NCBI GenBank assembly: GCA_963798085.1
Contig: CAWCRS010000003.1
Coordinates: 384,001-448,000, forward strand
Origin: an uncultured Gemmatimonadales bacterium
Lineage (GTDB): Bacteria; Gemmatimonadota; Gemmatimonadetes; Longimicrobiales; RSA9
Reading direction: 5' to 3'
DNA: 64,000 bases
The notes below the pieces were generated by a model. The model saw only the letters and a list, made by a program, of their open reading frames with translations, had not been told where the DNA came from and searched no databases. A program made the translations under genes and the position numbers. This document shows positions 28,296 to 39,208 of this stretch, in pieces (the stretch's first letter is position 1; each line of letters opens with the position of its first letter).

Positions 28296-29732
28296 ATGGA
28301 CGCGGGTGAGTTTCGCCGCGTGGGACACGAGGTGATCGATCGGCTCGCCGATTACCTGTCATCGCTGGACGACCGCAGGCTGTTTCCACAGGTAGCGCCG
28401 GCCGAGCTCGAGCAGCTGTTCCGGGAACCGTTGCCTCGAAACGGTATGCCGGCTGAGGATGTGCTGGGCCTGCTCAATGAGAAGCTGCTGCCCTACTGCT
28501 GCCATGTCGGGCATCCGGGCTATTTCGGCCTGATCACGCCCACCCCCAACCCGGTCGGCATTCTGGGCGATCTGATCGCATCCGCGCTCAACCAGAACGT
28601 CGGCGCCTGGACCATCGGACCCTCGGCGGTAGCGGTCGAACGGCAGACTGTGCGCTGGCTGACGGAGCTGATCGGCTGGGGCGATGGCGCCGGCGGCAAC
28701 CTCACGAGCGGCGGCATGATGGCGAACTTCATCGCGCTCAAGCTGGCGCGGGATGCCGTGTCTGGTGATGCGGCGCAGCATGATGGCGTGCAGGGTGGCT
28801 GGGCCGCTTATACGTCGGAAGAGCGACACGTCTCGGTCGACAAATCCGTTGATGCTGTGGGCCTCGGTCGCAAAGGCCTGCGTGTGCTGCCCACGGACGA
28901 GCGCTTCCGCCTTCGCATCGACGCACTGCAAGACGCCATTGCGGCGGACCGGCATCGCGGCATCCGGCCCATGTGCATCATTGCCATGGGTGGCAGCACG
29001 AACACGGGTGCGGTGGATCCACTGCGCGAGCTGCGGCGCATCGCCGACCGTGAGGGCGTGTGGCTGCATGTGGACGCGGCGTACGGCGGCGGCCTGCTGC
29101 TGTCGCGCCGGCATCCGGGCGTGCTGGACGGCATTGCGCTGGCGGATTCGGTGACAATCGACCCGCACAAGTGGTTCTACGCTCCGCTCGATGCGGGCGC
29201 GATCCTCGTGCGCGACGAGAAGCGGCTCACGGCCTCGTTCGGCATGGCGCCCGCCTATCTCACGGATCGCATGGATCCGGCGGGCGAGCGTTACAACTAC
29301 TACGTGCACGGCTTCGAGCAGTCGCGCCGGTTCCGCAGTCTCAAGGTGTGGATGAGCTTCAAGCGTTACGGCGCCGATGAGATCGGCAGCTGGATCGATG
29401 GCAATGTCGAACAGGCGATGCATCTGTACGAGCATGTTGCGGCCAGCACCGACTTCGCGGCGGCTTGTCCACCGGTGATGTCCGCCGTGTGCGTGCGGCG
29501 CGTGAGCGCGGGGTTCGATGAAGCGGCGTCCGCCAGACTGCACGCGGAAGTCGCGCGTCGCATCGAAGAGAGTGGTCGCTTCTGGATTTCGACCACATCA
29601 CTCAGGGGTCGGAGCTGGTTCCGCATCAACCCGGTCAACTTCAGGACCCGCAAGGAACACATCGATCAACTGCTCGCGCTGCTGCGCGAGGAGTGCGCCG
29701 CGTTCGAGGCGAGAGAAAGGAGCAGGGCATGA
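28296..29732 (+). CDS. PLP-dependent group II amino acid decarboxylase
   Basis: HPGYFG, SGGMMAN, HVDAAYGG, DPHKW (PLP lysine) and SRRFRSLK motifs. Confidence 0.92.
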   Translation: MDAGEFRRVGHEVIDRLADYLSSLDDRRLFPQVAPAELEQLFREPLPRNGMPAEDVLGLLNEKLLPYCCHVGHPGYFGLITPTPNPVGILGDLIASALNQNVGAWTIGPSAVAVERQTVRWLTELIGWGDGAGGNLTSGGMMANFIALKLARDAVSGDAAQHDGVQGGWAAYTSEERHVSVDKSVDAVGLGRKGLRVLPTDERFRLRIDALQDAIAADRHRGIRPMCIIAMGGSTNTGAVDPLRELRRIADREGVWLHVDAAYGGGLLLSRRHPGVLDGIALADSVTIDPHKWFYAPLDAGAILVRDEKRLTASFGMAPAYLTDRMDPAGERYNYYVHGFEQSRRFRSLKVWMSFKRYGADEIGSWIDGNVEQAMHLYEHVAASTDFAAACPPVMSAVCVRRVSAGFDEAASARLHAEVARRIEESGRFWISTTSLRGRSWFRINPVNFRTRKEHIDQLLALLREECAAFEARERSRA

Positions 29733-30127
29733 GGTCGAGAGTACGCACGCGAGCACTGCTGGCCGCGTTTCTGTGCAGCGGGTTGCTGGCGTGCAGCAGC
29801 ACGGACCCGGGAGACCAGCCGGTGACGGTGAGCAACAAGTCGGACGACTTCAGTTTCCAGCTCAAGGACTCACCGGACTTCTCGGGCCAGTACCACTACC
29901 TCTGGACCAACACCGGCACGACTGCCGCTGTCAATGTCAGCCAGGCTCCCGCCTCCGGCATCGGCACGATCGAGATCCGCGATGCCGACAACGCGCTGGT
30001 CCACACGGGTGACCTCCTGACGACTGGAAATTCGAACACGAGCCCGGGCCGCGCTGGCACCTGGACGATCGACATCGTCTTCGTGCGCGCGGCCGGCGCA
30101 CTCAGCCTTACGGTCAGGAAGAGCTGA
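29729..30127 (+). CDS. Small beta-rich lipoprotein of unknown function
   Basis: LLAC lipobox; ATGA overlap with the decarboxylase stop. Confidence 0.65.
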   Translation: MRSRVRTRALLAAFLCSGLLACSSTDPGDQPVTVSNKSDDFSFQLKDSPDFSGQYHYLWTNTGTTAAVNVSQAPASGIGTIEIRDADNALVHTGDLLTTGNSNTSPGRAGTWTIDIVFVRAAGALSLTVRKS

Positions 30128-30192
30128 GCAGAGGCTGACCGGGCAAGATCATTGGGGTGGCGGCGCCCACGCCAGAACTCGGCTGTGCTTCG

Positions 30193-31221
30193 TCAGAAAA
30201 CGAACTCCGTCTGAAACAGCAGTCGGTTGCGCGCAGCCGAGAGCGCCGCGGAGGGCGTGCCCTGGTAGCCCGTGTGCTCCAGGTCGCCGAGCACACGCAC
30301 GTTGCTCCCCAGCTTGTACGAGACGCCGCCCATGAAGCGGGTGTAGGCATTGTCGTCGACAGCAGTGTTAGGATCTACGCCGTCCACACGTGCGATGACC
30401 GACCATGGCGACCCGGGCACGTTGAGCACACCCATCAGGCTGAATACGCGGCCGTCAATGTCGTCGAGATTGCGGTTGGTGTTGCCGTCCCTGGTAACCG
30501 CGAACTCGCCGGCGAGCGTGGCGCGTGTGGAGCGCCAGGAGAGCATCCCCAGCCAGCGGTCGCGGACACCGCCATCGCTGCGTTTGCCTGCGTGGCCGTA
30601 GCCGCTGAGGCGCAGCCCGCCTACCCTGCTCATGTCGTCGCTCGTGCTGAGGCGGACCGACCCGCGCGCCTCGAAATCGCGGTACCGGCCACCCGCCGGG
30701 TGCGCGTAGCCTTCGCCGTTGACCACCGTGAACTGCGCGTTCACTCGCTCATCGCTGGCGCGCAGATCGACACCTGCGCCCAGGTCCGCGGACGTCAGGT
30801 AGCCCGCCCGATCGGTGGCCATGCTTCCCTGCATGCGATAACCCCAGAACGCCTCCTCCCAGTCCAGCCAGGGCGTATGGATGGCGCCGAACTTCAGCGT
30901 GGCCGGACTGTTGGCGGGTGTCCAGGCGAAGTACGCGTACTTCAGCCTGTAGCCAAGCGAGCCGTCCGGATTGCGATAGATGTCCGCCGTCACGCGGGTG
31001 GCAATCCCGTGATCGAACTTGCCCAGCACGTTCAGGTAGGCGCGCGTCACCTCGAACTCGTTGCGGTGCGTCGCTGTGTCGGACAACAGCGCGCGGAACT
31101 CCGAATACACCACGCCGGTCAGCCGCACCGGGTTCTCCTGCGCGGCCGCCAGACCCCGCGCCGCCAGCAGCACCACGCACACGCCTGCCGCCCGCCGCGC
31201 CCAGCCTCTACCATGTCGCAT
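30193..31221 (-). CDS. Outer-membrane porin, possibly phosphate-selective
   Basis: Signal peptide, FEVTRAYLN, RLKYAY, amphipathic strands and C-terminal FQTEFVF; near the pst genes. Confidence 0.7.
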   Translation of the reverse strand: MRHGRGWARRAAGVCVVLLAARGLAAAQENPVRLTGVVYSEFRALLSDTATHRNEFEVTRAYLNVLGKFDHGIATRVTADIYRNPDGSLGYRLKYAYFAWTPANSPATLKFGAIHTPWLDWEEAFWGYRMQGSMATDRAGYLTSADLGAGVDLRASDERVNAQFTVVNGEGYAHPAGGRYRDFEARGSVRLSTSDDMSRVGGLRLSGYGHAGKRSDGGVRDRWLGMLSWRSTRATLAGEFAVTRDGNTNRNLDDIDGRVFSLMGVLNVPGSPWSVIARVDGVDPNTAVDDNAYTRFMGGVSYKLGSNVRVLGDLEHTGYQGTPSAALSAARNRLLFQTEFVF

Positions 31222-31276
31222 TCCGTTACGCTCCCGTGATGCTGTAAGTGATGACGCGTGATAGTGTCCCCGTTGC

Positions 31277-31317
31277 GTAACTGCAAAGGCGGCAGCAGAG
31301 TCACGGATATGTAACGA
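31277..31317 (-). promoter_or_regulatory. Pho-box-like repeats upstream of the porin
   Basis: On the minus strand, GTTAC and GTGAC lie 11 bp apart, with another GTTAC 23 bp further on. Confidence 0.45.
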
Positions 31318-31323
31318 GGACTC

Positions 31324-31362
31324 GTTGCTGGGGCTGGTTGCTGAGGCTGGTTGCTCGGGAAC
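31324..31362. repeat. Isolated copy of repeat family A
   Basis: GTTGCTGGGGCTGGTTGCTGAGGCTGGTTGCTCGGGAAC matches 803-828 and 50559-50597. Confidence 0.75.
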
Positions 31363-31779
31363 GGATGTCGCTGGGCCCATTCCACCGCACTGGATCAACC
31401 CTCGGTCCAGTGCCACGTGCGATCCGGTGCCGAGGGCTCGTCGAGCCAATCCGGCTGGGACTGTGCTCAGGGACTGACCGTATGGACACCCAGCGCGTGC
31501 GTCAGGCGCAGCAGAGCGAGCCCCGTGTCCACGTCACATGGCGCGCAGCTGGGGGGCGCACTAACAGTGTCTTGCGGTGTGTGTCTGTGTGCGTGCGCGC
31601 GGCATGAAACCACCGGTCACGAATGACCCGACAACAGCGCGACCCGGTATGCTTCCGGCGACTTCAGGCGATTCGTTGCTCCTGACAGATCATTCGTGTT
31701 CCATCTTCACCGCCGGACGCAAGTCGCGGCACCACGCCCATCATGGCCGGTGCACGATCGGGTGATGCCGTCCTCGTTT

Positions 31780-31980
31780 TTTTGTTGTTGACGTCGTCCC
31801 GGGCCGGTTCCACACACGCCTTCGAGACAGCGGATGAAAATCCCCGCATCCGCCCATTTCGTTGTCGTTGACGACATTCCGGAACCCATCCCACCGACAC
31901 GCCTCGACGACAGCGGATGGAACGCCATGATCCGTCCACGTCGTTGTCGTTGAACATCATTCCAGATCCATCCCCGCCGG
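31780..31980. repeat. Degenerate tandem repeat of about 83 bp (about 2.5 copies) with an internal hairpin
   Basis: GACAGCGGATG at 31826/31909 and TCGTTGTCGTTGA at 31859/31941; GCGGATG...CATCCGC stem. Confidence 0.65.
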
Positions 31981-32258
31981 GATGTCTCCGGCGCGCGCGT
32001 GACGACAGCCGTTCGCGAAGAAACCGCAGTTCCTCGAGCCGAGCCCGCCATCGCCCCGTCGCCTCTCTGCGCCGTCCACGTTCTCAGCGGTGAAGGAGTA
32101 GTGGCGAGACCGATGGAGTCGGCCCTAGTTTGCGCTCGCCGCAGGAGAGTCGGGCTCCCGCCCCCGAGCCCGGCCGGCGTTGCCGGCGCCGCGCGCCTGC
32201 GCCGGAACGGACCGCCGGTCAGACCTCGAACAGACCGCCGATCGAAAGGAACACCCCA

Positions 32259-34694
32259 ATGCCGACCCGCCACAGCTGCCTCAGCTTTCGTCTGCTGACA
32301 CTGGGTTTGCTGCTGCTGCCCGCCGCCGTCAGCGCACAGGGCACACTCGCCGACTACCAGCGCGCCATCAGCCTGCGAACGAAGCTGCAGGGGATGGTGG
32401 TCAATGCCCCGGATCAGGCCACCTGGATCGCGGGAACCGAGCGGTTCTTCTATCGCAAGTCGGTGGCGGGCGGCAATGAATTCGAGATGGTGGATGCGAC
32501 AACGCAGCAGAAGCGACCGGCGTTCGATCATGCCCGTCTCGCCTCGGCGCTCGCCGCGGCCGGCGGTCACACTTACACGGCTCTCACGCTGCCCTTCAAC
32601 AACGTCACCTTCGTGAACGGTGAAGGCGCCATCGAGTTCGTGGCGGACACGGCGCGCTGGCGCTGCACCGTGAGCGACTACCAGTGCAGCCGTCTGGGGC
32701 CGGCGGGCCCCGGCTTCGGCCGCGGCGGCCGGGGCGGTGGCGGCGGCCAGTTCCAGGGCGGGCGCGGCCAGGGTGCGGGCAGCGAAGCGGAGCCGGTGCG
32801 GCTCTCGCCGGACGGCAAGACGGAAGCGCTCATCGAGAACTACAACCTGTACGTCCGCCCGGCCGGCACGCACAACGCCACGGCGCTGAGCTGGGACGGC
32901 TCCGAGGGCAACGCCTACGTGCTGCAGTCCATTTCCTGGGCGCCCGACTCGAAGAAGCTGGCCGCCTACCGTGTCATTCCCGGCTACCGCCGCATGGTGC
33001 ACTACGTGGAGTCGTCGCCCGCGGACCAGCTGCAGCCCAGGTCCTTCGAGCGCTTCTATGCCAAGCCCGGCGACGTGCTGGACAAGGAGCAGCCGGTCCT
33101 GTTCAATCTGGCATGCGAAGCAGGAGTTCATCGTCGATAACACGCTGTTCCCGAATGCCTACGACCTGTCACAACTGGAATGGCGGCGGGACAGCCATGC
33201 GCTGACCTTCGAATACAACCAGCGCGGCCATCAGGTCTATCGCGTGATCGAAGTCAATGCGGCGAACGGCAGGGCGCACGCCGTGATCTCGGAGGAAACG
33301 AAAACGTTCTTCGACTATCGCCCGATCCGCGCCAACCAGACCGACTCGGGGCACAAGTTCCGTTTCGACATCGATGATGGCCGGGAAGTGATCTGGATGT
33401 CGGAGCGCGATGGCTGGAATCACCTGTATCTGTTCGATGGCGTGACGGGCCAGGTGAAGAACCAGATCACGAAGGGCGACTGGGTGGTGCGCGCAGTGGA
33501 CAGCGTGGACGTGCAGAACCGCCAGATCTGGTTCCGTGCCAGCGGCATGAACGCGGGCAAGGACCCCTATTTCATGCACTACTACCGCATCAATTTCGAC
33601 GGCACGGGCCTGGTCGCGTACACGGATGGCCGATGCCAACCACACGGTCAGCTGGTCGCCGGACCAGCAGTACTACGTGGATACGTACTCGCGCGTGGAT
33701 CTGGCGCCGGTCGTCGGAGCTGCGCCGCACGAGCGACCGCACGGTGATGATGACCGCTCGAGAAGGGCGACATCTCGCAGGAGCTGCAAGCGCGGGCTGG
33801 CAGCCGCCCGAGGTGTTCGTCGCCAAGGGCCGCGACGGCGAGACCGACATCTGGGGCGTGATCATCCGGCCCACCAATTTCGATCCACGCCGAGAAGTAT
33901 CCGGTGATCGAGAACATCTACGCCGGGCCGCAGGGTTCGTTCGTGCCCAAGACGTTCGCGGCCGTACAACGCGATGCAGCGCGCTGGCCGAGCTGGGCTT
34001 CATCGTCGTGCAGATCGACGGCATGGGCACGGCGAATCGCTCGAAGGCGTTCCACGATGTCGCCTGGCAAGAACCTGGGCGATGCCGGCTTCCCCGATCG
34101 CATCCTGTGGCACAAGGCGGTGGCGGCGAAGTACCCCTGGTACGACATCACGCGCGTCGGCATCTACGGCACATCGGCGGGCGGACAGAACGCGCTGGGC
34201 GCGCTGCTCTTCCATCCGGAGTTCTACAAGGTGGCGTTCTCGGCTGCCGGCTGCCACGACAATCGCATGGACAAGATCTGGTGGAACGAGCAGTGGATGG
34301 GCTGGCCGCATCGGCCCGCAGTACGCGGCTTCGTCGAACGTCGACAACGCGTACAAGCTGCAGGGCAAGCTGCTGCTGGTGGTGGGCGAGCTGGACACGA
34401 ACGTCGATCCGTCCTCGACCATGCAGGTCGTGAACGCGCTGATCAAGGCGAACAAGCAGTTCGATCTGCTCGTGATCCCGGGCGCCGACCACACCTCGGG
34501 CGGCGTGTACGGTGACCGCAAGCGCTTCGACTTCTTCGTGCACAACCTGCTGGGCGTCGAGCCGCCCGACTGGAACAGCGGCGCCCTTGTGACGGACGGC
34601 ATGGACGACCTGGATGGCGACCTGCTGGGTCTGCCCGCCGGCATGACCGACGACAACTTCTTCGATACGCCGTACGCGCCCTGGACTGCACTGA
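32259..34694 (+). CDS. S9 family dipeptidyl peptidase IV-like secreted peptidase with several frameshifts; end approximate
   Basis: Signal peptide, [21 protein letters not shown] nucleophile, DTNVDP and ADH catalytic motifs, spread over several frames. Confidence 0.85.
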
Positions 34695-34720
34695 CCGCGG
34701 TTTCAACACGGAGTCAGCAG

Positions 34721-37684
34721 ATGAAGCGATGGAGCAGTGGATTGTCGAGGCGGCTGGCGCGCAGCAGGCCGGCGCTGGCGGCGTCCCCGGCCCGGCGGAC
34801 CAGTCTGCGTCTGGCACTGTCAGCGCTGCTGCTCGCGGCGTCCGCGGCTGCACAGCAGCCGCTCAAGACGCTGACCTTCGCGGACTACCCGCGCTGGTCA
34901 CGCATCACGGACGTGCAGCTGTCCGCGGACGGGCGCTGGATGGCGTACGCGTACGCGCCCAATGAAGGCGATGCCACGCTCTTCGTCCGCGACCTCACGG
35001 GCACGGCGATCGACACGATTCGCACGCGCCAGTGGTCCGGCGTTCTCCGAGGATTCGCGCTGGGTTGTCTACACGGTGAATCCACCCGGGCAGAGCGGCG
35101 GCCGCGGGGGTCGGGGCGGGCGAGGTGGCGGCGGTCGCGGTCAGACGCCACCGGACAACACGACGCCGCAGCGCGGTCAGGGCGGCGGCCCGCCGGCGGC
35201 GCCGCGCATGCTGCAGCTGCTGGAGCTGGCAACGGGCACGAAGACGGACATTGTGCCGGATCCCCAGTCCTCCGCTTTCTCTGCCGACTCGAAGTTCCTC
35301 GCAGTTCGCCGCAGCAAGGCGAACCGCGAGGCCACCCACGACGGCACCGACCTCGTGCTGCGCAACCTGAGCATGGGCACGACGCTGAACATCGGCAACG
35401 TGTCCGCGTTCGCGTTCAACAAGCCGGGAGCGCTGCTCGGCTAGGACGGTCGATGCGGCCGGCAAGGTCGGCAACGGCCTCTACCTGATGGACCCTTCGA
35501 GCGGCGCGGTGCGGGCGCTGGACACGGACACGCTGCGCTATGACCGGCTGACGTGGAGCCGCGACGGTTCCCGCCTGGCCGTGCTGCGCGGCGAGACGGC
35601 GAAAGGCAAGGAGCAGCGTTCCAATGCGCTGGTCGCATTCAGCGGGCTGGCCGGCGGCGCGAAGAACGCTGGACCGCAGCCGCAGGAGCGGAGGCGCGAC
35701 GGGAGCCGAAGCCGCATCGTCGCCTGTCATGATCAGCGCCGGCACTCGCCTCGACTGGGATCCCGCCGCCGATCCGGCATTCCCGAAGGACATGGTGCTG
35801 TCCGAGCTGGGCGCCATGGAGTGGAGCCGTGATGGCGCCCGCCTGTTCCTGGGTGTGAAGCCGCAGCAGGACAAGGTCGAGGAACCGCCGGCGGGCAGCG
35901 ACCCGAAGGCAAACGTCGAGATCTGGCACTGGGGCGATGACAGGCTGTTATCAGTGCAGAAGATTCAGGCCGATGCCGATCGGCGCGCGACCTGTCCGCT
36001 GCGCTCGAATCTGGCGGACCGGCACTTCGTGCAGCTGGGCGACGCCGACATGCCTCGCCTGCTGACCCACGCGCGACGGCCACTGGGCCATGGGCGAGAA
36101 CGACAAGCCCTACATCCGCGACTGGGATGAGGCGGATGGCCTGGGCGATCTCGTGCGCGTCAGCACGGCGACCGGTGAGCGCACCACGCTGGCCGACCGT
36201 GTGCGCTTCCCGCTGGGCGTGTCACCCGACGGCAGGTGGAACCTCTGGTTCAAGGAAGGCAAACTCTGGCTGCAGGACATTGCCTCCGGCGCGCGCACCG
36301 ACCTCTCGGCCGTGGCCGGCACGAGCTTTCTCAATGTCGAGTACGACACGCCCGGCGAAAAGTCGTCGTACGGCATTGCGGGCTGGTCGAGCGATGGCCG
36401 CTCCGTCCTCGTAAATGCCGAGTTACGACTCTGTGGCCGCTGCCGCTCGCGGCGGGTGGAGGGCGATCGAACCTCACGCGCGGCATTGGTGACGAAGGAC
36501 CAGGTGCGTTTCCGCGTGGAGAATCTCGCGGCCGATGACGACGAGCCCGGCATCGACACGTCGAAGCCGATCGTGCTCACGCGTACGGCGAATGGACGAA
36601 GAAGTCCGGCTACTGGACGTTGGAGCCGGGAAGAGAACCGCGGCCGTTGATCTGGGAGGATCGCTCGATCGGTCAGAGAGGAAGGCGAAGAACGCGGACC
36701 GTGTGGTCTTCACGGCCAGACCTTCGTGGATTTCCCGGACTGGTACAAGCGGCGCTGCAGCTTCGCAGCCCGGTGCGCGTCACGGACGCGAATCCGCAGC
36801 AGAAGGAGTACGCGTGGGGCCGGCGCAGTGCTCATCGACTACACGGACCAGCGGGGCCACAAGCTGCAGGCCACGCTCTCCCTGCCTGCCGGCTACGTCG
36901 AGGGAAGGAGTATCCGATGCTCGTCTACTTCTACGAGAAGCTCTCGCAGAACCACCACCAGTACTCGATGCCCACGTACGACGACCGGCCACACATGTCC
37001 ACGTACGCGAGCGACGGCTACCTCGTGCTCATGCCGGACATCGTGTACGACATGGGCAAGCCCGGCACCTCCGCCTGGATGACATCACCAGCGCCACGAA
37101 GAAGGTGATCGAGCTCGGCTACGCGGATCCCGCGCACATCGGCGCGCAGGGTCACAGCTGGGGCGGCTACGAGTCCTCGTTCCTCGTCACGCAGACAGAC
37201 ATGTTCGCCGCCGTCGTCACGGGCGCGCCGCTGACGAATCTCGAGAGCATGCACAACATCCTGTACAAGCAGTCGGGCGGCGGCAACGCGCCGTTGATCC
37301 AGTGGGGCCAGGGCCGCATGGGCACCGTGCCCTGGGAGGATCCCGAGGGGTACGCGAGCCAGTCGCCGGTCCGCTTCGTCGAGAACATCCGAACGCCGTT
37401 CATGATCATGCAGGGCACGGCCGATGGCGCGGTCGACTGGAACCAGGGTCTCGAGTTCTACGTCGCGGCCCGGCGCGCGGGCAAGAAAGTCATCTTCCTG
37501 ACGCTATCCCGACGAACCGCACCATCTCGCGAAGAAGGAGAACCAGAAGGATTTCCAGCGTCGCATGAAGGAGTTCTTCGATCACTATCTCAAGGGCGCG
37601 CCGGCGCCGAAATGGATGACGGATGGCGTGCCCTACCTGGATCGCGCGCGCGAGATCGTTGCCGCTCCCAGCGGTTCGCGCTGA
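34721..37684 (+). CDS. S9 family prolyl oligopeptidase-like secreted peptidase with many frameshifts
   Basis: GGAG RBS plus [36 protein letters not shown] and FFDHYLKG motifs across frames. Confidence 0.85.
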
Positions 37685-37717
37685 TAACGGGCTGTCAGTC
37701 GTGGTGCACCGCCGGGG

Positions 37718-38533
37718 GTGCGCGTGACGCACCTCCGGCAGATCGTGCGTGCGAGCGCTGTGGACGACACCGGCGCCGCCGTGTTTCCCTTCTCGGTTCC
37801 CGCCATCCGCTCGCTCGAGTCACTCGATGTCTCGGCCAATGTCGTGTACTTCGTGGGCGAGAACGGCTCGGGCAAGTCCACACTGCTGGAGGCCATCGCC
37901 GCGGGCGCCCGCCTGCCCACGGTGGGCAGCGCCGAGGTCGCGTATGACGAAACCCTGGCGGCGCAGCGCCGGCTGGCGGCCGCGTTCCGCCTGATCTGGG
38001 AAAAGCGAACGCACCGCGGCTTTTTCCTGCGCGCGGAGGACTTCTTCGGTTTCGCCCGCCGGCTGCGCAGCATGAAGACCGAGCTGCGGCAGCGCATGGA
38101 CGAGGTGGAAGTCGAGTACAAGGACCGGTCCGCACTGGCGCGAGGCCTGGCGCTGGGTCCGCTGGCCGGGTCCATCCACGAGATAACCCGGCGTTATGGC
38201 GAAGACCTGGATGCGCAATCGCATGGCGAGAGCTTCCTGACGCTGTTCCGGGCGAGGTTCGTGCCCGGCGGCCTGTATCTGCTGGACGAGCCGGAAGCCG
38301 CGCTGTCGCCGCAGAGCCAGCTGGCACTGCTGCTCATGCTGAAGCAGATGGTGGCGCAGTCAGGGCAGTTCATCATTGCCACGCACTCGCCCATGCTGCT
38401 GGCGTACCCGGGCGCGCGCATCTACAGCTTCGACCAGTCGCCCATTGCCGAGGTGGCCTGGGCGGACCTGGACCACGTCACGCTGACGCGCGCGTTCCTC
38501 GCCGATCCGGAGTCGTTCCTGCGCCGCCTCTGA
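37718..38533 (+). CDS. ABC/AAA-type ATPase (COG3910-like)
   Basis: GENGSGKST, FFLRAE, SHGESF, LDEPEAALS and ATHSP motifs. Confidence 0.88.
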   Translation: MRVTHLRQIVRASAVDDTGAAVFPFSVPAIRSLESLDVSANVVYFVGENGSGKSTLLEAIAAGARLPTVGSAEVAYDETLAAQRRLAAAFRLIWEKRTHRGFFLRAEDFFGFARRLRSMKTELRQRMDEVEVEYKDRSALARGLALGPLAGSIHEITRRYGEDLDAQSHGESFLTLFRARFVPGGLYLLDEPEAALSPQSQLALLLMLKQMVAQSGQFIIATHSPMLLAYPGARIYSFDQSPIAEVAWADLDHVTLTRAFLADPESFLRRL

Positions 38534-38552
38534 AGCGCGCGCCGCCCGCCGA

Positions 38553-39188
38553 CTACAGTCCCAGGTCGAGCGCCGCTCGGATCAGCATATAGGCGGCAAG
38601 CGCAACCAGAACGACGCCCATGATGCGGTGAATCCGCTGCTGCATTCCAGGTCCGATCATGTGGTGTATGCGGCGCAGCACAAAAGTGAGGGTGGTGAGG
38701 TACGAGGCGAGGCCGAGCCCGCCGAACAGAATGAAGACCGCGGACTGGGACGCTGTGAAGCTCTCCACGATGCCGAGGTCCCTGGCAAGCTTCGCGCCCA
38801 CCAGCCACCAGAACATGATCGGCGGGTTCGTAACGGCGAGGGTGAAACCCGCCGTGAAGGACAACCCCCGACTGCGCAGTGCCGGACTCTGCGGCAGGTC
38901 GACATTCGACGCGCGGGCTGCGTTGCGGAACGTGAACCACGCGAGCACCAGCAGCACAATCGCGCCGGCCAGCCCGAACCAGCCCTCGATCGTGCGGTGG
39001 CGCAGGAACGTGGCCAGGCCGAAGAGCGCGATGACGCCGTACATCACGTCGGACACGACGGACCCCGCCACGACCATCAGAGCCGCACCGACCTCGTTCG
39101 CGATAGCCCGCTTCGCGATCTCGATCTGTGTAGCGCCGATGGGGATCGCCGCGAAGAACCCCAGCACGTACGCCAGCAGCTGGAGCAA
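38553..39188 (-). CDS. LysE family translocator
   Basis: IPIGA, GF-x-LAVTNP and about 6 TM helices. Confidence 0.8.
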   Translation of the reverse strand: MLQLLAYVLGFFAAIPIGATQIEIAKRAIANEVGAALMVVAGSVVSDVMYGVIALFGLATFLRHRTIEGWFGLAGAIVLLVLAWFTFRNAARASNVDLPQSPALRSRGLSFTAGFTLAVTNPPIMFWWLVGAKLARDLGIVESFTASQSAVFILFGGLGLASYLTTLTFVLRRIHHMIGPGMQQRIHRIMGVVLVALAAYMLIRAALDLGL

Positions 39189-39208
39189 CCGCCTCTACTC
39201 CCGGCAGT

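Noticed and set aside
33974..35488. Apparent fusion of the two S9 peptidases
   Set aside because: The second gene has its own RBS, ATG (34721) and signal peptide, and the region is rich in indel errors.
37718..38533. ATPase as the missing PstB or a defence ATPase
   Set aside because: The motifs (FFLRAE, SHGESF) fit the COG3910 type rather than PstB, and there is no partner nuclease.
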